Shown here: positions 9,318 through 17,980 of the stretch, piece by piece
How positions within the stretch are numbered: the first letter of the stretch is position 1
How the letters are laid out: the number at the start of each line of letters is the position of its first letter
Translations under genes and position numbers: made by a program
The notes under the pieces: model-generated
What the model was told of the DNA's origin: nothing
Databases searched by the model: none
The model's input: only the letters and a program-made list of their open reading frames with translations
Source: Nitrospirota bacterium
Lineage (GTDB): Bacteria > Nitrospirota > UBA9217
Direction: 5' to 3'
NCBI GenBank assembly: GCA_963754875.1
Contig: CAVWHO010000002.1
Span: forward strand, 1-64,000
DNA: 64,000 bases

Positions 9318-10045
9318 CGGCCGTCACTCAGGACAGCATCTCTCTCAGGGGGACTGGCATCGTAAGTATCACCCAACCGAAAAAAGGCGCGCGCTTCACG
9401 ATGGATAGTCTCCTTCTTGCGGACTTCTGTTGCATCAAGCCCCGCGACAGGGTGCTTGAACTCGGAGCGGGAACGGGCGTAATCTCTCTTTTACTTGCGA
9501 AAAAATTCGCCAGCGCCAGGTTCGTCGCTGATGAATTCGAGCAGTCAGCGTACGATCTGCTCAACCGCAATATCAGAGAGAACGGCCTTCTTGAGCGAGT
9601 TGTGTCTGTTGACCGTGATGTGAGATACATAAGTCGGTCGATCGCACCAAATGCCTTTGACGTCATTATAGCCAATCCGCCCTATTTCAGGTGCGGGGCC
9701 GGTAGAAAGAGCCCCTCCATTGAGCGTCACACTGCGCGGCATGATCAGTCTGCACCCCTTCATACCTGGCTCGATCGCCGGGACTTACTGAAGAACAAGG
9801 GCAGGTTCTTCCTCGTATTTTCCGCCAACCGGACTGTCGAGTTGATATCTTCACTCCGTGAAAAGAGATTGGAACCCAAACGTCTCCGTTACGTGCACCC
9901 CTTTCATCATCGGCCCGCTACCTTAATCTTAGTCGAAGCGGTAAAGTCGGCCGGCAGCGGCCTTGAAGTCCTACCACCCCTTGTTGTTCATCATACTCCA
10001 GGCGTATATTCCGAGGAGATGCGCCGGATCTACGACATACCCTAA
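9314..10045 (+). CDS. tRNA1(Val) A37 N6-methyltransferase-like SAM methyltransferase
   Basis: QPKKGARFTMDSLLLA, LELGAGTG, ANPPYF, ARH. Confidence 0.85.
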   Translation: MTAVTQDSISLRGTGIVSITQPKKGARFTMDSLLLADFCCIKPRDRVLELGAGTGVISLLLAKKFASARFVADEFEQSAYDLLNRNIRENGLLERVVSVDRDVRYISRSIAPNAFDVIIANPPYFRCGAGRKSPSIERHTARHDQSAPLHTWLDRRDLLKNKGRFFLVFSANRTVELISSLREKRLEPKRLRYVHPFHHRPATLILVEAVKSAGSGLEVLPPLVVHHTPGVYSEEMRRIYDIP

Positions 10046-10189
10046 TCCCGCATTGCATTTTCTTTCCTGTAAGGACTCAGCATTGATCCATACAACTGTG
10101 ATATATTTAATACGGTAGTGTAAAACAGATGTTTCTCCTGCTTTAAATTCTGGTTCACAAGGGAAACCGTCATCGCAAGGAGGCGCATC

Positions 10190-11395
10190 ATGGTTGACCA
10201 GAAGTACACGTATGTGATCATCGGCGGAGGACTTGCCGGAGCATCGGCCGTAGAAGGCATCAGGGAAAGAGACAAGAACGGCAGCATTCTGCTCCTGAGC
10301 GCGGAAAAGCACCTGCCCTATGACCGGCCGCCGCTTTCGAAAAAGCTTTGGTTCGGGAAAAAGAAGATCGAAGATATTTTTCTCCACGATCACATATTTT
10401 ACGACCAAAACGGGGTGACGCTTGCCTTAGACACGGAGGTCACTGCGCTTGACGCACACCAAAAAACCGTTACGACAAACAGAAAAATTCAATACCATTT
10501 TCAAAAAATCCTCCTTGCAACCGGCGGGGCCCCGAGGACGCTGCCGGTTCCCGGCGGCGATCTCGAAGGCATCTGTTATTACCGCACCCTGGACGACTAT
10601 CTGCGACTGCGTGCGGAAGCAAAAGAAGGAAAATCCGCAGTCGTGATCGGCGGCGGTTTTATCGGCTCGGAAATCGCCGCAGCGCTCCGGATCAATAAAA
10701 TCGACGTTACCATGATCTTTCCTGATTCCTACCTGGTGAACCGGATCTTTCCCGAATCCCTCGGAAGGGCGCTCATGGATCAGTACCGTTCGCGCGGGAT
10801 AACGATCCTTGCCGGGGAGAAGCCGGCTTCATTCCAGAGAAGGGGCGCCAAGTTCGTTACCCGCACCGGGAGCGGCAGGGAGCTCGAATCGGACATGGTC
10901 ATCGTGGGCATCGGCATCGCGCCATCCCTCGAACTCCCGCGAAAAGCGGGACTGCAGACTGCCAACGGGGTCATTGTTGACGAATATCTCCAGGCGTCGC
11001 TGACCGACATCTACGCGGCCGGCGATATCGCATTTTTCCCGTACCAGGCTCTCGGGAAGCAGACGCGAGTCGAGCACTGGGACAATGCCCTGAACCAGGG
11101 TAAATGGGCAGGCCGGAACATGGCAGGCGCACGCGAACCCTACACGTACATGCCCTACTTTTTTTCCGACCTTTTCGAGTTCGGGTACGAGGCGGTCGGC
11201 GACGTGAACGCGGATCTCGAAACCTTTGCCGACTGGAAGAAGGAAAATGATACAGGGGTGATTTACTATATTCGTGACAACAAGGTCCGGGGCGCGATGA
11301 TGTGCAATGTGTGGGACAAAGTCGAGGCCGCGCGCAAGCTGATCAAGAAGGGTGAGAAGGTAGCGAAAGAAAGTCTGCGTGGATTGATACGATAA
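10190..11395 (+). CDS. NAD(P)/FAD-dependent oxidoreductase, ferredoxin-reductase-like
   Basis: IIGGGLAG, PYDRPPLSK, VIGGGFIGSE, IYAAGD, RVEHWDNA, PYFFSD. Confidence 0.88.
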   Translation: MVDQKYTYVIIGGGLAGASAVEGIRERDKNGSILLLSAEKHLPYDRPPLSKKLWFGKKKIEDIFLHDHIFYDQNGVTLALDTEVTALDAHQKTVTTNRKIQYHFQKILLATGGAPRTLPVPGGDLEGICYYRTLDDYLRLRAEAKEGKSAVVIGGGFIGSEIAAALRINKIDVTMIFPDSYLVNRIFPESLGRALMDQYRSRGITILAGEKPASFQRRGAKFVTRTGSGRELESDMVIVGIGIAPSLELPRKAGLQTANGVIVDEYLQASLTDIYAAGDIAFFPYQALGKQTRVEHWDNALNQGKWAGRNMAGAREPYTYMPYFFSDLFEFGYEAVGDVNADLETFADWKKENDTGVIYYIRDNKVRGAMMCNVWDKVEAARKLIKKGEKVAKESLRGLIR

Positions 11396-11480
11396 GAAAA
11401 TAATTGCTACGGAGACACTGAGACGCGAGAACAATAATGGGGTTGTTCGGTGGCTCGGTTACTGAATTTGGGAGGTTACT

Positions 11481-11828
11481 ATGAAACTCTTAGAGCAAAA
11501 TGCAAAACCCGTCACAGCGGGGACCGTCCCGTTGTCCGTGAAAGAATCGGAAGCCTTGCTGCTGCAAACGCCGGCCTGGTCGCTCGGCGCAAAGGAGATC
11601 GCCCGGGATTTCCGGTTCAAGGACTTTCGCGAGGCCATAAAGTTCGTCAATGAAGTGGCAGCCATAGCGAACGAGCAGGACCATCACCCCGATATTTTTA
11701 TCGCTTACAACAAGGTTCGCGTGACCTTGTCGACGCACAAGATCAGCGGGCTGTCGCTGAACGATTTTATCGTCGCGGCAAAAATCGACCAGATGGCGGA
11801 CCTGCAACGACATGAGAAAGCGGCATGA
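11481..11828 (+). CDS. phhB: Pterin-4a-carbinolamine dehydratase
   Basis: FRFKDFREA, EQDHHPDI, LSTHKISGLSLNDFIVAAKID. Confidence 0.92.
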   Translation: MKLLEQNAKPVTAGTVPLSVKESEALLLQTPAWSLGAKEIARDFRFKDFREAIKFVNEVAAIANEQDHHPDIFIAYNKVRVTLSTHKISGLSLNDFIVAAKIDQMADLQRHEKAA

Positions 11829-12616
11829 CGAGCCATACCAAAGCTCAAGGCGGCATGGCGCAAAGTTTGAAGGGCAAGGTCGCCCTGATTACGGGAGCAA
11901 GCAGGCGGATCGGTCGTGCGCTTTCCATGGCCCTTGCGGAAGAAGGAGTGAACATCGTTGCTCATGACCGCCGGGACCTTGAACAGGAGACGGCGAAGCT
12001 TTGCGACGAAGTAGTCGGCTGCGGAGCAAAGTCCTGGAACGTGTCCGCCGATCTTGAGAAACCGGAAGAGTACGAAACGCTTATTGCTCGGGCGCAACGG
12101 GCCGCCGGATCGCTCGACATCCTTATTAATAATGCATCGATCTTTCAGCCGGGCACGCTCATGGACATGGGATCCAGCGATCTGATGCGTCATCTCCACG
12201 TGAACGCGTGGACGCCCCTGGTTTTAAGCCGCGAGTTCGCGAGGCATGCAAGCCGCGGCAAGATCATCAATCTGCTTGATACGAAAATCACGGGCTACGA
12301 CCGGGAGCATGTTGCGTACATCCTGAGTAAACAGGTGCTCGCTTCGCTTACGACAATGTGCGCCGCGGAATTCGCCCCTGCGGTCACCGTGAACGCGATT
12401 GCGCCGGGACTCATCCTGCCCCCGTCGGGGAAAGACGAAGCCTATCTGGAGTCTTTGGCTCACACCGTCCCGCTCAAACGCCACGGCGCGCCCGGTGACA
12501 TCACCGATGCGGCGCTCTATTTATTGAAAAGTGACTTTGTGACAGGCCAGGTCATCTACGTTGACGGCGGCAGGCACCTGAGGGAGGAGAGCAATGGACC
12601 GAATCGTTATCAGTGA
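11825..12616 (+). CDS. SDR-family pteridine reductase (FolM/PTR1-like)
   Basis: TGASRRIG, NNASIF, YILSK, VNAIAPG, VDGGRHL; lies inside a pterin operon. Confidence 0.8.
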   Translation: MTSHTKAQGGMAQSLKGKVALITGASRRIGRALSMALAEEGVNIVAHDRRDLEQETAKLCDEVVGCGAKSWNVSADLEKPEEYETLIARAQRAAGSLDILINNASIFQPGTLMDMGSSDLMRHLHVNAWTPLVLSREFARHASRGKIINLLDTKITGYDREHVAYILSKQVLASLTTMCAAEFAPAVTVNAIAPGLILPPSGKDEAYLESLAHTVPLKRHGAPGDITDAALYLLKSDFVTGQVIYVDGGRHLREESNGPNRYQ

Positions 12617-12950
12617 TCTGCTCGTGCGGTGCATCATCGGCGTTCGCGACGACGAGCGCAAAGAGAAACAGGATGTCCTCATTAATCTGACACTCGACGT
12701 AGACCTGCGCAAAGCCGGCAAGAGCGACCGGATCGATGATTCAGTAGACTACCGCGCCTTAAACAAGCAGATCATGAGAATGGCAGAGAGTTCTCAATTC
12801 TTTCTCGTGGAAGCCCTTGCCCAGTCCGTGGCAGACATCTGTCTTGCCCACCCGGAGGTGGAAGAAGCACGCGTGCGGGTCGAGAAACCGGCAGCACTCC
12901 GGTTCGCAAGAAGCGTGGGCGTGGAAATCACGAGGAAACAATCGGGCTGA
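12594..12950 (+). CDS. folB: Dihydroneopterin aldolase (or FolX-like epimerase)
   Basis: MDRIVISDL..IIGVRDDER, SVDY, LVEALA, VEKPAALRFARSVGVEI. Confidence 0.88.
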   Translation: MDRIVISDLLVRCIIGVRDDERKEKQDVLINLTLDVDLRKAGKSDRIDDSVDYRALNKQIMRMAESSQFFLVEALAQSVADICLAHPEVEEARVRVEKPAALRFARSVGVEITRKQSG

Positions 12951-12952
12951 TC

Positions 12953-13480
12953 ATGACGCGGGCGTTCATAGGCATCGGATCGAATATCGAACCGGAAAAG
13001 AACGTGAAGGAAGCCTTGCGGCCTGCTCAAAAAGCAGGTGTCTCTCCGGGCCATTTCCACGGTGTATCTCACGGAGCCCATCGGTCCGACAGTCCAGCCT
13101 CCCTTTTACAATTGCGTCATTGAGCTTACAACGGAGCTGCCGCCTGCAAGAGCTGAAACACGCGGTTCTGCGAACGGATCGAGGAGGTTCTGGGTCGGAA
13201 GCGAACGAGCGACAAATTTGCGCCGCGCACAATCGACCTCGACCTTCTTCTGTACGACGATCTCGCGATGACGGTGGATGACTGGACGATTCCGGACCCG
13301 GACATCGTCCGACGGCCGTTTCTCGCAGTCGCGCTCCACGAACTCGCTCAGGGGCTGGTTTTGCCGGGTTCGAACGCGAGCGTTGACGACGCTGCGGCAA
13401 CACTGCCGCGCGACGGCATGCAGCCGCTCACGACCTACACGGACTTTCTACGAAAGGAAATACTCCATGGCCGAAAATAA
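12953..13480 (+). CDS. folK: 6-hydroxymethyl-7,8-dihydropterin pyrophosphokinase (about three apparent frameshifts)
   Basis: [25 protein letters not shown] and [15 protein letters not shown] are spread over successive frames. Confidence 0.88.
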
Positions 13481-14045
13481 TGAGAAGATCCAGAGACTGG
13501 TCAAAGAACTGCTTGTCGAGCTCGGCGAGGATCCGGAGCGCGAGGGCCTCGTCAATACGCCGAAACGCGTTGCCGCCGCTCTCGTCTATCTGACGTCGGG
13601 ATATAAGGCAGATGTCGAGAAATTGCTTAACCAGGCCTGTTTCGAGCAGGAAACGACCAGCATGGTCGTGGTGAAGGACATCGAGGTCTACAGCCTCTGC
13701 GAACACCACATGCTGCCGTTCTACGGCCGCTGCCACATCGGATACATCCCCCGGGGCCGGGTGTTCGGCATCAGCAAGCTCGCGCGCCTCGTGGATATGT
13801 ATGCGCGAAGGCTCCAGATCCAGGAGCGGCTCACGGAACAGATCGCGTACGCGATCAAGGACTCGATCAATGCCGACGGCGTCGGCGTGATGATCGAGGC
13901 GCGCCATCTCTGCATGATGATGCGCGGCGTGGAAAAACAGAATTCCAGCTTCGTGACTTCATCGGTGCTCGGCGTGTTCCGTACGAACCCCGCGACCAGG
14001 GAAGAATTTATGTCGATCATCAACAGACGCAGGCCGGATATTTAG
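13467..14045 (+). CDS. folE: GTP cyclohydrolase I
   Basis: [44 protein letters not shown]. Confidence 0.97.
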   Translation: MAENNEKIQRLVKELLVELGEDPEREGLVNTPKRVAAALVYLTSGYKADVEKLLNQACFEQETTSMVVVKDIEVYSLCEHHMLPFYGRCHIGYIPRGRVFGISKLARLVDMYARRLQIQERLTEQIAYAIKDSINADGVGVMIEARHLCMMMRGVEKQNSSFVTSSVLGVFRTNPATREEFMSIINRRRPDI

Positions 14046-14083
14046 GCCTTATCGGCTCACCTCTGCATCGATGGAATTCGTTT

Positions 14084-14605
14084 ATGTCGTTTACGATCCA
14101 TACCATCGGCCATTCCACGCATTCCGCGGAAGAGTTCCTCGAGATACTGAAGGCGCACGGCATAGAGCTTCTCGTCGACGTCCGGACCATTCCTAAATCC
14201 CGCCATAACCCGCAATTCAACAGTGACCCTCTTGAGAAGGGCTTGAAAGCGAACGGACTTGATTACATGCTTATGCCGGGATTAGGGGGACTCCGCCATG
14301 CGAAGAAAGACTCGGTGAATCAGGCCTGGCGAAACGCATCGTTCCGGGGGTTCGCCGATTACATGCAGACTGAAGAATTCGAGGAGAGCCTGCTGAAGCT
14401 GATCAATATTGCAGGAGTGCAAAAGACGGTGATCATGTGCGCCGAGGCAGTGCCCTGGAGGTGCCACCGGTCGCTGATCGGCGACGCGTTGCTCGTGCGC
14501 GGGATTTCGGTCATGGACATCATGAGCAAGAGTTCAGTGAAAGAGCATAAGATGACGCCCTGGGCCGAGATCCATGGTACGGGAGTTATATATCCGAAGA
14601 AATGA
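14084..14605 (+). CDS. DUF488 family protein
   Basis: IHTIGHSTH, LVDVRTIPKSRHNPQFN, LGGLR, MCAEAVPWRCHRSLI. Confidence 0.9.
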   Translation: MSFTIHTIGHSTHSAEEFLEILKAHGIELLVDVRTIPKSRHNPQFNSDPLEKGLKANGLDYMLMPGLGGLRHAKKDSVNQAWRNASFRGFADYMQTEEFEESLLKLINIAGVQKTVIMCAEAVPWRCHRSLIGDALLVRGISVMDIMSKSSVKEHKMTPWAEIHGTGVIYPKK

Positions 14606-14693
14606 GAGAGGGAGTCGCTTCCATGGCGGGGCTTTTTCTTTTCGACAAGGAAGCCCGAGGCTGCACAAAACCGGGCCAGCGCAAATTGAGGCT

Positions 14694-15161
14694 TTATTTT
14701 TTTGTTTTTTTTCTGCTCAAAAAATCCTTCTCAATGACCCTTCGGATCGCGTCCCGCGTGGCAACATCGGCGACCTTAGCGACATATTGCTCGATGGTCG
14801 CCCGCTCTTCAGGATCGAGCGGAGTCGCCGGGGGCTCCTCGGGCGTGAGCTCATGGTCGACGCGGATCTCGCCCAGCTTCAGCGTGATGTCTTTGATCAC
14901 CGTTCTGCCCAGGCTCTTGTTCAGTTTTTCGATGATCTCCGGCTTGAGCAGGGTAAGCTGCTGCATCCATGCGGGGCTGTCCACGACGAGCGAAAGCCTG
15001 CTCCCGCGGACCGACTGGGGCTGCGCATGACGGGCGATCATCGCGCCCACGGACTGTTCCCATTGCCCGAAGATGCGGTATTCGTGGAGACGGCCTTGAA
15101 AACCGCTGGCCTTAAGGAGTTTACCGAGGGTCATGGAAAGTCTGTCGAGCTTGCGCGCCAT
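14694..15161 (-). CDS. DUF721/DciA family protein
   Basis: WEQSVGAMIARHAQP..LSLVVDSPAWMQQL..EIIEKLN. Confidence 0.8.
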   Translation of the reverse strand: MARKLDRLSMTLGKLLKASGFQGRLHEYRIFGQWEQSVGAMIARHAQPQSVRGSRLSLVVDSPAWMQQLTLLKPEIIEKLNKSLGRTVIKDITLKLGEIRVDHELTPEEPPATPLDPEERATIEQYVAKVADVATRDAIRRVIEKDFLSRKKTKK

Positions 15162-15192
15162 GGGGTTTCATCATAGCATACCAAGAGTTCTT

Positions 15193-15221
15193 TTGACAAC
15201 AGGGAAGGACGCGGATATAAT
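15193..15221 (+). promoter_or_regulatory. Consensus sigma70 promoter of galT-glgA
   Basis: TTGACA-17 bp-TATAAT. Confidence 0.8.
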
Positions 15222-15267
15222 AATAAAATCCGCTGAAAAAAAGCGATTGTAGCCTTAAGGAGTAAAT

Positions 15268-16263
15268 ATGCCAGAACTGCGAAAAGACCCCATCACCGGC
15301 CGGTGGGTCATCATCTCGTCGGAGCGGGGCAAACGCCCCAACGAATTTCATGACCAGCGCGACAAGAAGCGCGCCGGTTTCTGCCCCTTCTGCGCAGGGA
15401 ATGAGCGCACCACGCCGAACGAGATCCTTGCCTACCGGGACAACGGACAGCCCAACGGACCGGGATGGCGGCTCAGGACCGTGCCGAACAAATTTCCGGC
15501 TCTCCAGATCGAAGGCAACCTGAACAAACAGGGTGAGGGCATATTCGACAAGATGAACGGAATCGGCGCCCATGAAGTCATCATCGAGAGCCCGGAGCAT
15601 ACGGCGACGCTCGCGACCCTTCCCCAGAAAGCAATGGAAGAAGTGCTCTGGGCATACCGCGACCGCATGGAAGACCTGAAAAAGGACACTCGGTTCCAGT
15701 ATACACTCATCTTCAAAAACGAGGGGCTCACGGCCGGCGCGACACTGGAGCACACGCACTCACAGCTCATTGCCCTGCCGATCGTTCCGATCCAGGTGCA
15801 GGAAGAGATCGACGGAAGCAAGAGACACTACGGGCTCAAGGAACGCTGTATCTTCTGCGACATCATCCGGCAGGAAATACAAGCAAAAACGCGTGTCGTT
15901 CTCGAAACACCGCTCTTCATCGCCCTGGCCCCCTATGCTCCCCGTTTCCCCTTCGAAACCTGGATCATGCCCAAACAGCACCTCTCGTGCTATGCCTGTT
16001 CGACAAACGACGATTTCCATGACCTCGCCGGGCTTCTTCAGAACGTCTTGCGGCGACTCGACCGGGCGCTGTCGAACCCGCCCTACAACTACGTCATCCA
16101 TACGTCGCCCTTCCGTGACGAGCGGAACGATTACTACCATTGGCACATCGAACTCATGCCCAAGCTCACGAACGTGGCAGGCTTCGAGTGGGGTTCCGGA
16201 TTTTACATCAATCCCACGCCGCCTGAGGACGCTGCGAAATTTTTGCGGGAAATAAAATTGTAA
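15268..16263 (+). CDS. galT: GalT-family hexose-1-phosphate nucleotidyltransferase
   Basis: MPELRKDP, CPFCAGNE, VPNKFPAL, GATLEHTHSQ, YHWHIE, AGFEWGSG. Confidence 0.9.
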   Translation: MPELRKDPITGRWVIISSERGKRPNEFHDQRDKKRAGFCPFCAGNERTTPNEILAYRDNGQPNGPGWRLRTVPNKFPALQIEGNLNKQGEGIFDKMNGIGAHEVIIESPEHTATLATLPQKAMEEVLWAYRDRMEDLKKDTRFQYTLIFKNEGLTAGATLEHTHSQLIALPIVPIQVQEEIDGSKRHYGLKERCIFCDIIRQEIQAKTRVVLETPLFIALAPYAPRFPFETWIMPKQHLSCYACSTNDDFHDLAGLLQNVLRRLDRALSNPPYNYVIHTSPFRDERNDYYHWHIELMPKLTNVAGFEWGSGFYINPTPPEDAAKFLREIKL

Positions 16264-16274
16264 ACTGCACATTT

Positions 16275-16412
16275 ACCGCAGAGGACGCAGAGAAGAATGA
16301 TGCAAAACAATGTGAATTTGAGCCGCTGAGAAGATTTAAGAAATTATTATTTTCTTTTTACTCTCTTTTCTGCTCAGTTTCAATCTTGGCCTACCTCCGC
16401 GTCCTCTGCGGT
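16275..16412. repeat. Intergenic inverted repeat (REP-like)
   Basis: ACCGCAGAGGACGCAGAG (16275-16292) and CTCCGCGTCCTCTGCGGT (16395-16412), 17/18 complementary. Confidence 0.75.
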
Positions 16413-16440
16413 GAAAACTATTATTGGGGATTATCGCACT

Positions 16441-17886
16441 ATGAATATTTTATTCGCGACGTCTGAGGCGGCCCCTTTTGCCAAGACTGGCGGCCTCGCA
16501 GACGTCGCGGGGAGCCTGCCGCCTGCCATTGCCTCGCTCGGCCATGAGGTGAGCGTCGTCATGCCCCGTTACCGGCAGGTAGACGTTCAAGCACTCAAGC
16601 TCAAACGGGTCGCAACGTTTACGGTCCCCCTCGGGACGTGGAAGGAGCGATGCGACGTGCTCAAGGGCACGATGGGCAAAAACGTCACGGTCTATTTCAT
16701 CAACAAGGACGTTTTTTACGACCGGCCGGAGCTCTACGGCACGACCCACGGCGATTACAGCGATAATGCCGAGCGCTTCATTTTTTTCTCACGGGCGATC
16801 CCGGAACTGTGCAATGCGCTGCAGATGAAGCCCGATATTATTCACTGTAACGACTGGCAGACCGGCCTCGTGCCGCTCTACCTGAAAAAACTCTACAACA
16901 GCGCGGAGAAGCTGCGCCAAACAAAAACCGTCTTCACGGTGCACAATCTCGGATATCAGGGCCTGTTCTGGCACTGGGACATGCCTCTTACGGGCCTCGA
17001 TTGGAATGTATTCACGCCAGACGGGATCGAGTTCTGGGGCAAGATGAACCTGCTCAAGGCCGGCCTCGTCTCGGCAGATATTATTACCACGGTCAGCAAG
17101 ACCTACAGCCGGGAAATCCAGACGCCGGAGTATGGTTGCGGGCTTGAGGGCGTGCTCGAAAAACGCTCGGCTGATCTTTACGGGATCGTAAACGGTATCG
17201 ATTATAAGACCTATGACCCGCTGCACGATCGCGCCATACCCCAGCGGTACGGAGCCTCCCGCTTGTCGGGTAAGGCAGGGTGTAAAAAAAGGCTTCTCGG
17301 ACTCGTCAAGCTGCCGGACAGGGGAGACCCGCTCATAGGCATGGTCACGCGTCTTGTTGATCAAAAAGGGATGGACATCCTGACTGATGCCTTGCCGGAT
17401 ATAATGGCACTCGGTGTACAGCTGGTTATTCTCGGCACCGGCGACTCAGCGTATCACCGCCTCCTGACTGAAGCCGCAACCCGTTACGGGAACGCGATGC
17501 GGGTGCTGCTCCAATACGATGAGGGCCTTGCAAAAAAAATTTATGCGGGATGCGACATGTTTCTCATGCCGTCCCGGTATGAGCCCTGCGGTCTCGGCCA
17601 GATGATCGCTCTGCGTTATGGGACCGTACCGATCGTCCGTAAAACGGGCGGGCTCTCGGACACCGTGGCTGGTTGCAATGCCGGGGCGGGTCGCTGCACC
17701 GGTTTTCTGTTTGAAGAATATTCTGCGCCGGCACTGATCGACGGTCTGCGTCGGGCTCTCAAGGTTTTCAGCAATAAAGCGAAATGGCAGCGCCTGATGC
17801 GGGCAGGCATGAAGCAGGACTTCTCCTGGGAGCATTCGGCAAAAGAGTATGCAGCGCTCTACCGGACGGCGACGAAGAAAAGGTAG
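16441..17886 (+). CDS. glgA: Glycogen synthase
   Basis: PFAKTGGLADV, HCNDWQTG, TVHNLGYQG, NGID, MPSRYEPCGL. Confidence 0.97.
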   Translation: MNILFATSEAAPFAKTGGLADVAGSLPPAIASLGHEVSVVMPRYRQVDVQALKLKRVATFTVPLGTWKERCDVLKGTMGKNVTVYFINKDVFYDRPELYGTTHGDYSDNAERFIFFSRAIPELCNALQMKPDIIHCNDWQTGLVPLYLKKLYNSAEKLRQTKTVFTVHNLGYQGLFWHWDMPLTGLDWNVFTPDGIEFWGKMNLLKAGLVSADIITTVSKTYSREIQTPEYGCGLEGVLEKRSADLYGIVNGIDYKTYDPLHDRAIPQRYGASRLSGKAGCKKRLLGLVKLPDRGDPLIGMVTRLVDQKGMDILTDALPDIMALGVQLVILGTGDSAYHRLLTEAATRYGNAMRVLLQYDEGLAKKIYAGCDMFLMPSRYEPCGLGQMIALRYGTVPIVRKTGGLSDTVAGCNAGAGRCTGFLFEEYSAPALIDGLRRALKVFSNKAKWQRLMRAGMKQDFSWEHSAKEYAALYRTATKKR

Positions 17887-17980
17887 GGCAGAGGGCAAAG
17901 GGTCCCGTTCCGGGCAAGAGCCTTGTCCATCTTTTTTTTAACTGGCCCTGCCCCGGCTGCCAATCCCCTGCATTTCAACT

